In this document: in pieces, positions 28,101 through 35,271 of the stretch
How positions within the stretch are numbered: the first letter of the stretch is position 1
Layout: every line of letters begins with the position of its first letter
DNA from: Candidatus Eiseniibacteriota bacterium
Lineage (GTDB): Bacteria; Eisenbacteria; RBG-16-71-46; CAIMUX01
Assembly (NCBI GenBank): GCA_903844735.1
Contig: CAIMUX010000121.1
Location: 3,005-67,004, forward strand
Reading direction: 5' to 3'
DNA: 64,000 nt
The notes under the pieces: model-generated
What the model saw: only the letters and a program-made list of their open reading frames with translations
Database searches by the model: none
Told to the model about the DNA's origin: nothing
Position numbers and translations under genes: made by a program

Positions 28101-30572
28101 GGCCACTCCCCCGGCGACCTAGTCATCGAGGGGATCGTAGCCTCGTCCGGCAGGGCGGCCGGTTTTGCACGCCTTGGCACCGAAGGGCGCTCGCTGGATG
28201 AGCTGGACGGTGCCATCCTCTTCGCTCCTGCGTTCCGGCCGGACGACACGCCGCTTCTTCGCCGGTCTGCCGCGATTGTCTCGACCGGTGGAGGGATTCT
28301 GAGCCACGCCGGGCTGATAGCACTCGAACTGCACAAGCCCGCGCTCGTCATCTCCGGTCGTTGGAGGAAGGATCCCACCGATGGGGGCACGGCCTCCTTC
28401 GAGGGGACGCCGGATGGCAGCAGCGCGCTCGCCTACCGGCACTTCGACTTTCGGGAGGACGAGCGGGCGATCGGTCCGTACGCTGTGCTCCTGCGGCGCG
28501 ACCTGCACGAGCGTGAGCAGATTCTTCGCGAGGGAGATCTTGTCGTGGTGGACGCCGAAGTCGGAACCCTCACCGTTCTCGGGCAGGATCGCGACGCCCT
28601 CGCTCTCCAGCGAGAGCTGCGCCAAATCGACACGGTCGCCGGGGAGCTGGGACGGGAAGAGGCCGGACCCCGGCTCCTTCTCCTGCGCGGGCGGTGGCAC
28701 CGGGCTGTGCACCAATTGAAGAAGCTCCTTTCCCGCATCGACCGACCCGCGCTAGCGCGCCACGCCGCGCGGGAGCTGCTCTTCGCGCGCAGCGCCCCGT
28801 CGTCGATGCCCGGCCGCGACGACGTCGGAGGGCTGCTCCACGCGCTCTTCGCGAATGCGGCGGTAGGCGAGGCCGCCCGGCTGGCGGCGCGGCGACAGCA
28901 CGTCGAACTGGCCCGGCGGCACGGGGCCTATGTCCGCGAGGCGCTGAGGATCATCCCGATCACGGACAGCGTGCCGGAAATTCTTCACCTCCGCCTGGGT
29001 GTGATCCAGGTGCGCAGGCGCCTCGACGCGCTCGCCCGACTGCTGAACTCGGTCGGCATGGCCACGGCCTATGCCGGACAGCATCCGGACCTCGACTTCT
29101 GCGCGCGGCGGCGCCTCGATGAACTGCGGGAACAGCTTCGCCGTGAGTTGGCGTCGACCTCGGACAAGGAAGGAACATCGGACGCGGCAAGTGCCACCAA
29201 CGATGGCGGGCCGTCCTGGATCCGGCGGCATCGTCTCGAACGTCTGGAGTCGCTAGAACGCGTGTTGCCCGGAGCGGATGATACGGCCGTCACTTCCGCG
29301 GAGAGCGCGATTCCCCGGGAGAGCGCGGCCTCCTACGAGGGCGCGGCCGGCGCGGATGGACTGAGAGATCGGCAAACCGATCGACCGGAGAGAGCCAGGA
29401 GCCTCGCAGCGCAGCGTCGCGACTTGGCACGCCGTCTCCCCGGGCGCCTGATCCTCGACTCCCGGGACGGCGGACGCGAGCTCGCTCCCCTCATCGGTAG
29501 CAAGGGCGCCAACCTCGGCGAGATCGCACGGATCCTCGGACCCGATCGGGTCCCTCCGTGGTTTGCCACTACCGACGCGGCGTTTCAGGAGCTCATGGCC
29601 GGTCCACCGGGTCGCGCGGCCGCGGCGGTGGGTATTGATGCGGCTTGCCCGTCGCTGGCAGCGGCCATCGACGAAATCCTGGGGCGACCGGACAGCCGCG
29701 CAGCACGGAAGGCAGCGGCCATCCGGCAGCTCTGGGAAGGAGTGCCGCTTTCCCCGCGCCTCGAGGCCGAGATCGACGCGGCGTACCACGCCCTGGGAGA
29801 GGGGTGCTTCGTCGCCATCCGCTCTTCCGCCTTCGAGGAAGACACAGAGGGCAGCTCGTGGGCCGGACAGTTCGACACTTTCCTTTTCATCCAGAGCGAA
29901 GAGGCGGTGCGCGATCACGTCAAACTGGCGATGGCGAGCCTGTGGACCGAGCGGGCCCTCGTTCACCGCGAGGAGGACGGCGACGTGACGACGCGGCGAG
30001 GCGACGGCGATGTCGTATCGAGCGAAGAGGCCGGCGACCCGACGATGGGGCGAGGTGGCGGCGTCATCGTCCAGAGAATCGTGGACGCACGGGTGGCCGG
30101 CGTGCTGCACACCCTGTCCGCCACCGCCGGCCAGGCCCGCGAGATGGTCATCAACGTCGGCCTCGGTCTCGGCGAGGGGGTCGTCTCGGGGACGGTCGAG
30201 GTGGACCACATCGTCGTCTCGCGCGAAACCTCCCTCGAAGAGGATCCCCTCCGCGTTCACTACCTCGTGGGCGACAAGAGCAGCCGGATCGTCTTCGACC
30301 GGCTCGCCGGCTCCGGGACGCGCCGCGAGGAGACCCTCTACCACCAGCGCTTGCGTGCGGCCCTCGAGTACAGCGATCTCGGAGATCTCGTCCGCGCCGC
30401 CGCGAGCTTAGAGCGCGTCTACGGGTTCCCCCTCGATATCGAGTTCGCCTTCGAGGAGGACTCCCTCTACATTCTTCAGGTGCGACCCATCGTCGCCTTT
30501 CAGAACGCGCTGCGCGCGACGCTCGAACAGGCCCCGCTGACCCCGGTCGTCGCGCACGGCGGAAAGGATTAG
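25143..30572 (+). CDS. Giant PEP-synthase/pyruvate,water-dikinase-like protein: unknown N-terminal ~1000 aa, phospho-His swivel domain, C-terminal ATP-grasp (PPDK_N)
   Basis: GGGILSHAGLIALELHKPA (His at ~28305) precedes GSKGANLGE, VAIRSSA.EED...AGQFDTFL, GLGEGVVSG and DIEFAF...LQVRPI (~29490-30490). Start uncertain; the ORF is open from 24945. Confidence 0.85.
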   Translation: MDEETPKSPTPTTGLDRPLEATGLEGPSETTRLDGPSERTDFAPPPQYTGTNFGALEPALRDLESQFTLVMGRPERVVEACRILSVQLEAADDPDLADRCHARVVTQLHVRQGGVAQALIPFLEERARRGPNPRRIILSLLVARDDVARRHGLRLACEMIESGRIAADVAAIRGLAFAIEEDEAAGRDVALLERVRDALRGINLAPTSGELVDHGPVARGAEPLSPASAGLHDRLEALLLQAPDPRVRFLAARLLDLPGTPVPADRLARLFGAETAAVLAPYLAFTRATHRNMVELTPESRVSPALLSSMQDAERALGRPLLGEVLGELGWDRLAWGISCRRLVGLSLDGGFPLAVTPAEAMLLDSCGPARRTWDRFLVVAHGGSASGENDNDMEATAVQRFRKYNILHAELLGEILEVAPLTPAKVRRIVERMEQVVSHFAVLFREHSEDATRVEACFAALRDRAIRLMAEAPDDQPLQAEVARVVQMFEDPRSLDDVRTLHGLKRYLHQQGLRLAFRAFRSGRATNRTVDVAIANASRVLQVVRRIRYIDFEPDPGAEPGDLPYPVALIAEVLGRRLVHGKIESPDFEILAYGNEIQIFIGFRNHPVFLRLDLSPPQRGGMIDLEYYGVSQYELDRHPDLSLQWVQRVFRRLDFDVRVEQFRLHIRYDKERALDLGDLLAHVRILGYLLPHLMDLDWVIAVLDYPETAKAQVADAWADLIPDWGWLPIAELLTADRRHILRGIAADPAGEREVRWDGHGEYRDRFIGVPDRAVWGRIRAQLEAGGLARFVPWPELTELPVAQIPLEKFLFTPLREAVHLGGLRETHAGPMPTAPDGTPSPHEAEALAQILLRGGAPLDEAARIATVVGSIERHLRFVTSGSIQGYPVQRATLVLRGERVELSVLRDADGIARLALADDCPMQSWTGTRGRSHLGVGPRLDCRELIRRLRRDNYVAVAYESPIEQDGRRAALTAVFAAPNALAPPGHSPGDLVIEGIVASSGRAAGFARLGTEGRSLDELDGAILFAPAFRPDDTPLLRRSAAIVSTGGGILSHAGLIALELHKPALVISGRWRKDPTDGGTASFEGTPDGSSALAYRHFDFREDERAIGPYAVLLRRDLHEREQILREGDLVVVDAEVGTLTVLGQDRDALALQRELRQIDTVAGELGREEAGPRLLLLRGRWHRAVHQLKKLLSRIDRPALARHAARELLFARSAPSSMPGRDDVGGLLHALFANAAVGEAARLAARRQHVELARRHGAYVREALRIIPITDSVPEILHLRLGVIQVRRRLDALARLLNSVGMATAYAGQHPDLDFCARRRLDELREQLRRELASTSDKEGTSDAASATNDGGPSWIRRHRLERLESLERVLPGADDTAVTSAESAIPRESAASYEGAAGADGLRDRQTDRPERARSLAAQRRDLARRLPGRLILDSRDGGRELAPLIGSKGANLGEIARILGPDRVPPWFATTDAAFQELMAGPPGRAAAAVGIDAACPSLAAAIDEILGRPDSRAARKAAAIRQLWEGVPLSPRLEAEIDAAYHALGEGCFVAIRSSAFEEDTEGSSWAGQFDTFLFIQSEEAVRDHVKLAMASLWTERALVHREEDGDVTTRRGDGDVVSSEEAGDPTMGRGGGVIVQRIVDARVAGVLHTLSATAGQAREMVINVGLGLGEGVVSGTVEVDHIVVSRETSLEEDPLRVHYLVGDKSSRIVFDRLAGSGTRREETLYHQRLRAALEYSDLGDLVRAAASLERVYGFPLDIEFAFEEDSLYILQVRPIVAFQNALRATLEQAPLTPVVAHGGKD
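25176..25256. repeat. Degenerate 27-bp in-frame tandem repeat, 3 units
   Basis: Encodes TTGLDRPLE / ATGLEGPSE / TTRLDGPSE. Confidence 0.7.
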
Positions 30573-30578
30573 AACGGC

Positions 30579-32837
30579 ATGATCCGACGCGAAGAAAGCC
30601 TCCGGTACCACGAGGGAGACCGGCCGGGCAAGATCGAAGTCAAGATGAGCAAGCCCTGCCTGAGCCCGCGGGAGATGCGCCTGGCCTACCTTCCCGGTGT
30701 CGCATGGCCCGTGCGGGAGATCGCCGACAACCCGGCCAACGTCTGGCGCTACACCGCGCGCGGCAACCTCGTCGGAATGGTGAGCAACGGGAGCGCAGTC
30801 CCCGGGCTCGGTGACGTGGGCCCCGCCGCCGCCAAGCCGATCCAGGAGGGGATCGCACTGCTCTTCAAGCGGTTCGCCGACATCGACGTCTTCGATCTGG
30901 AGCTCGACGCGCGGGACCCGGAACGGATCGTCGACTTGGTGCGCACGCTGGAGCCGACCTTCGGCGCGATTTGCATCAAGGACATCCGCGCGCCCGAGGG
31001 GCTCGAGATTTATGATCGGCTGCGGGAGACGATGTCGATCCCTGTCTTCCACGAGAATTTGTACAGCACCGCGATCGTGGCCATGGCGGCTCTGATCAAC
31101 GCCCTCGACCTCGCGGACAAGGAGATCTCGTCGGTGCGGGTTGTCATCTGCGGCGCCGGCACCGTCGGTCTCGGGTGCGCGCGCCTGCTCACGGCGCTGG
31201 GCCACCCCCCCGAGAACCTGCTCCTCTACGACATCCGGGGGCTCGTCTCCCCCGACCGGGAAGACCTGCACAGATACCAGAGGGACTTCGCCCGCGACGA
31301 CGCGGCGCGCACCTTGGAGCAGGGGCTCAGGGGCGCCGATGTGTTCCTCGGCGCCTCCACGGGCGGCGTTCTGACCCCCGAGATGATCCGCTCGATGAGC
31401 CGCTTTCCGATCGTCTTCGGCATGGCCACGCCGGCCCCTGAGATCGCCTACCAGGAGGCGCGCAGCACGCGGCGCGATGCCATCGTGGGCACGAGTTTCG
31501 GACAGGACCCGAATGCCATCGTCGACCTCCTGAGCTTCCCCTATGTTTTCCGCGGCGCCCTCGACGTGCAGGCCAAGGGAATCTCCGAACGGATGATGCT
31601 GGCCGCGGCGCGCAGCCTCGCCGAGCTGGCGCGCGAGGAGGTCCCGGAGGAGGTGAGCCGCGCCTACGGCGACGAATCGTTCACGTTCGGCCCGGACTAC
31701 CTCCTGCCCATGCCGATCGATCCGCGCATCCTCGTGCGGCAGTCGGCCGCCGTCGCGCGGCAGGCGATGGAGGAAGGCCTCGCCGGTCGCTCCGTGCCGG
31801 TGGACGGGTACGAGGAGTCGCTCGCGGTGCGCCTCGGAACCACCCGCGAGTTGGTTCGCCGGCTCATCACCAAGGCGCGTTCCGTCAACCCGCGGATCGT
31901 CCTGCCCGAAGGAACGAGCGAGAAGATCCTCCGCGCCTGCGCCCTTCTCATCGACGAGGGAATCGCCAACCCGATCTTGGTCGGCACCGAAGAGGACGTG
32001 CACCGTGCGGCCGAACGCCTCGGGATCGACCTCGGCGGCGTCGCCATCGTCGACCCGGCCCACAGCCCGCACTTCGACGCCTACGCGGCGGAGTACCTCA
32101 CCCTCTGCGGTCGGCGCGGTGTGACTCCCGACCTCGCACGGACCCGGATGACCCACGCCCGGCACTTCGCGGCACTGATGCTACACAAAGGCGACGCCGA
32201 CATGATGATCTGCGGCGCCACCGACCACTACGCCGAGTCGATGCGAACCGTCCTGGAGATTATCGGCCCCGCCCCCGGCGTGCGGCGGATCTCCAGCTTG
32301 CACATGGTCCACCGTCCCAAGGAGGTCTACTTCCTCGCGGACTGCTCCGTGAACATCGAGCCGGATGCCGAGGATCTCGCCGAGATCGCGCTGCTTGCCG
32401 CGCGGACCGTGCGCGCGCTTGGGATCGAGCCACGAGTGGCGATGTTGTCGTTCTCCAACTTTGGAAGCGTCGATCACCCGCTGGCGCGCAAGGTGCGGAC
32501 AGCCACGCGGATCGCGCGCGAGCGGAACCCCGGGCTTGTTATCGAGGGGGAACTCCAGCTTGAGACGGCGCTCGACGCGAAGATCCGGCGGCGGTACTTT
32601 CCGTTTTCGGATCTCACGCAGAATGCGAACGTTCTTGTTTTCCCCGACTTGCAGTCGGGGAATCTCTCGTTGCACTTGTTGCAACAGATCGGCGAGGGGA
32701 TCGCGGTGGGTCCGATCTTGATGGGGACGCGGCTGCCGGTGCACGTGATCCAGCAGGGATCACCGGTGGATGATGTGGTGAATCTGGCGGCGGTGGGGGC
32801 GTTGCAGGTGGCGGGGGCGCTGACTGGAGGGATGTAG
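30579..32837 (+). CDS. MaeB-like malic enzyme/PTA fusion paralogue with degenerate active site
   Basis: Full-length and colinear with 16730-19000, but MEGK is QEGI, NLED is CIKD, HDDQHGT is HENLYST and GRSDYPNQVNN is [11 protein letters not shown]. Confidence 0.9.
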   Translation: MIRREESLRYHEGDRPGKIEVKMSKPCLSPREMRLAYLPGVAWPVREIADNPANVWRYTARGNLVGMVSNGSAVPGLGDVGPAAAKPIQEGIALLFKRFADIDVFDLELDARDPERIVDLVRTLEPTFGAICIKDIRAPEGLEIYDRLRETMSIPVFHENLYSTAIVAMAALINALDLADKEISSVRVVICGAGTVGLGCARLLTALGHPPENLLLYDIRGLVSPDREDLHRYQRDFARDDAARTLEQGLRGADVFLGASTGGVLTPEMIRSMSRFPIVFGMATPAPEIAYQEARSTRRDAIVGTSFGQDPNAIVDLLSFPYVFRGALDVQAKGISERMMLAAARSLAELAREEVPEEVSRAYGDESFTFGPDYLLPMPIDPRILVRQSAAVARQAMEEGLAGRSVPVDGYEESLAVRLGTTRELVRRLITKARSVNPRIVLPEGTSEKILRACALLIDEGIANPILVGTEEDVHRAAERLGIDLGGVAIVDPAHSPHFDAYAAEYLTLCGRRGVTPDLARTRMTHARHFAALMLHKGDADMMICGATDHYAESMRTVLEIIGPAPGVRRISSLHMVHRPKEVYFLADCSVNIEPDAEDLAEIALLAARTVRALGIEPRVAMLSFSNFGSVDHPLARKVRTATRIARERNPGLVIEGELQLETALDAKIRRRYFPFSDLTQNANVLVFPDLQSGNLSLHLLQQIGEGIAVGPILMGTRLPVHVIQQGSPVDDVVNLAAVGALQVAGALTGGM

Positions 32838-33293
32838 CTGGGCGGCGAGCAGCGCCCGACACGCCAAGACTTCTGCGCGGCGCTGAAGTTGTTCACAAAG
32901 AACCTGCCGGTCGGAGACCCCGTGCGGTCTTCATCCGAAACAGCGCATGGCAAGGCACCCGATGCCGCTTGGCCCGATGATCGACCGGCCCGATCGCGCA
33001 GGTTCGGCCGGCGGCGGTGGCTTCCGTGCGTGGCGCTCGTCCCGGGCACGATCATGGCCCTGGTCGGTGCTGGGCAGTCCGGCGCCGAACGCGTGAACTG
33101 CAGCGAGTATCCGCGCTGGGTCGGACGCTGGAGCCATCAGCGTCGCCGTTCGGGGAGACATCGCCTGCGTGCCTTGGCCCGCCGGTGGCGCTCCGAAAGG
33201 CAACCTCGGTCTCACGAACCGGGCGATCACTGGCTTCAGATTGGCCACTCGACATTCTTCCCGCACGGGACACGGCGGGACAGACAACACCAC

Positions 33294-34757
33294 TCAGAAA
33301 CGCGGACCGGCCAAGGCCTGGGCCTCAAACCCATTTCCATCCGTGGCGAGGTCGAGGCTCAACAGACCGGCGAACGGCACGACGAGGCGGAGCCCCGCTC
33401 CGACGCCCCAACGCCCGCGCACGCTGCCCCGGGACCAATCGCCACGATTCCAGATCGCCCCAGCGTCGACGAAAACCGCTCCATCGACGGTGAGATCGAA
33501 GGTATTCGAAAACGGCGGCGGCAGGGTAATCTCCCAGCGGGGAAGCAGCGGGAGGCGCTCCTCCACCCACCCCGACCAGCGATTGTCCCCTTCGTAGACA
33601 TCGGGGCGGTGCCCGCGCAGGTCCGTGGGACCACCGAGGTCCAGCCTTAGAAACGCGGGCACGCCCCCGCGGCTCACGACCGTGCGGGAGGCGAGCGTGA
33701 GCACCGCCACGCCCGCGGCGCGAACGAGCATGGCGTCGAGCGCGTACCGCTCCATCGCCAAGCTCCCACCGAGGAGCCCGCCGTGAGCCGCGGCCCGCAC
33801 CGCGAGTACCTCACCATGGCGCGGGCGTGCTCGATAGTCGCGCGTATCGATCCGCGCTCCGGCCTCGAACCAGCGATGGTCATCGCGGCGCGAGGTGGCG
33901 GCGCCCGTGAAGTCGGGCGGGGGGGTCGCGTCGGGGTGCGCACGCACCTGCTCCCAGCCCGCACCGAACGGGAAGGACAGATGCAGCCCGCGCATCGGAG
34001 CAAGCCCGGCATTGATTCCAGAGTGCCGTTCGATCGAGCCCTGCGAGAGACTCCGAGTCCGCCGCAGGCTCCCCTGCGCGCTGAAGCCAAGCCGCCGGCC
34101 GAGCACCCAGCGGGTCGCGTATCCGGCCTGCAGATAGCGCCGCGCTCCCGTCCCGGCGGCGATCCACGCAGACCGGGCCATGCCGCCGAGGTTCAGCGTT
34201 GACGCAGAAGCACCGTAGGTGAAGCCCTGTCCCTGTTCCCACGAAAGGGTCGGCAATGCGAGAAAATCGGGACGCTCACGCACACGGACAACGAGAATCG
34301 GACGATCAAGGCCTCGATCGCGCCGAGGGACAAGGCTCACACTGGCGAAGAGGCCGAGATCGAGCAGACGCAATCGATCGCGCTCCAGATGATCCCAGTC
34401 GAGATGTGCCCCGGCACGGGCGGATAACTCGCGGCGCACGATCAGCGAACGGGTTCGATCGAGTCCCTGGATCTCCACCGCGAGAAGCGGCCGGTCGATC
34501 CAGAGTCCCGGATCCTCGGTTGCCGCGCCGGAGGCCGGGAAAGAGACGGCGACCAACGACACCAGCAGCAGCGTCACCTGCACCGACAGCCGAGGCACCT
34601 GCCCCGGCCGCCGAATCACCCAGGACGACCTGACCTTTCGAGGCACCGAAACCAGGGGAGAACACGAGGGGCGGGGGCGCATGCCAAGACCGACGCGAGC
34701 CGTCACTTCGGCACTAGGGCGATGGCCCAGTAACCTTGAGGCTGGAGGTGCCGTCAT
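33294..34757 (-). CDS. Omp85/BamA-TamA family outer-membrane protein (single POTRA plus barrel)
   Basis: VEIQGLDRTR..IVRREL...LGLF (POTRA), LGGPTDLRGH, FVDAG, GVGAGLRL and terminal Phe. Start probably somewhat downstream of 34757. Confidence 0.85.
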   Translation of the reverse strand: MTAPPASRLLGHRPSAEVTARVGLGMRPRPSCSPLVSVPRKVRSSWVIRRPGQVPRLSVQVTLLLVSLVAVSFPASGAATEDPGLWIDRPLLAVEIQGLDRTRSLIVRRELSARAGAHLDWDHLERDRLRLLDLGLFASVSLVPRRDRGLDRPILVVRVRERPDFLALPTLSWEQGQGFTYGASASTLNLGGMARSAWIAAGTGARRYLQAGYATRWVLGRRLGFSAQGSLRRTRSLSQGSIERHSGINAGLAPMRGLHLSFPFGAGWEQVRAHPDATPPPDFTGAATSRRDDHRWFEAGARIDTRDYRARPRHGEVLAVRAAAHGGLLGGSLAMERYALDAMLVRAAGVAVLTLASRTVVSRGGVPAFLRLDLGGPTDLRGHRPDVYEGDNRWSGWVEERLPLLPRWEITLPPPFSNTFDLTVDGAVFVDAGAIWNRGDWSRGSVRGRWGVGAGLRLVVPFAGLLSLDLATDGNGFEAQALAGPRF

Positions 34758-35191
34758 TCATTCCCCGAGCTCCCGGAGTCGATCGCCCTAACCATCAAGA
34801 AGCCGACCCCCGCGGCCCCGGTGGCATACAGCAAGGTCTTGGCCGGGTCACGCCGTACGATGGCGACGGAGTCGACCGCAGCCAGCGCCATGTGGTGGGC
34901 GTGGATCTCATCCTCGTAGTAAACCCCGGCATGATCCGCCGTGCCCCCTTTGGAGGATGATCGCTCGACCGTGATTTTGTACTCACCCACCACTGTGTCG
35001 GGATAGACCGCGACGCGCAGAAACTCGTATTTCGCCCCACCCTGAAGGAAGACCACGCTTCGGGCAAAGACATCCCCGGGGTGCAGACTGTCGTGACGGA
35101 TCACCCGGGATGACGTGCATCCCGCCCCCCCGACCGCAAGCCCCGCCGGCACCAGGAGAAGCGCCCAAAGCACCAGGGAACGGACTTTCAT
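34754..35191 (-). CDS. Putative lipoprotein
   Basis: Signal peptide ending GAGC; 4-nt overlap with the Omp85 ORF. Confidence 0.65.
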   Translation of the reverse strand: MKVRSLVLWALLLVPAGLAVGGAGCTSSRVIRHDSLHPGDVFARSVVFLQGGAKYEFLRVAVYPDTVVGEYKITVERSSSKGGTADHAGVYYEDEIHAHHMALAAVDSVAIVRRDPAKTLLYATGAAGVGFLMVRAIDSGSSGNE

Positions 35192-35220
35192 GATGGCGAG
35201 CCCTCCGACTTTGAGTATAG

Positions 35221-35238
35221 CAGGGTTTCGAAACCCTG
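35221..35238. promoter_or_regulatory. Perfect 18-bp palindrome next to a TATACT -10-like hexamer
   Basis: CAGGGTTTCGAAACCCTG; minus-strand TATACT at 35214-35219. Confidence 0.5.
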
Positions 35239-35271
35239 GGTCCGCTCACACCGGCAGATCACACGGGCGAT

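Noticed and set aside
30579-32837. Calling the second maeB a pseudogene
   Set aside because: The reading frame is intact and full length and the structural motifs are conserved, so it is treated as a probable pseudo-enzyme instead.
32889-33650. 253-aa plus-strand ORF as an intact gene
   Set aside because: Its 3' half overlaps the Omp85 gene antisense and the translation is low-complexity. At most a short relic is plausible.
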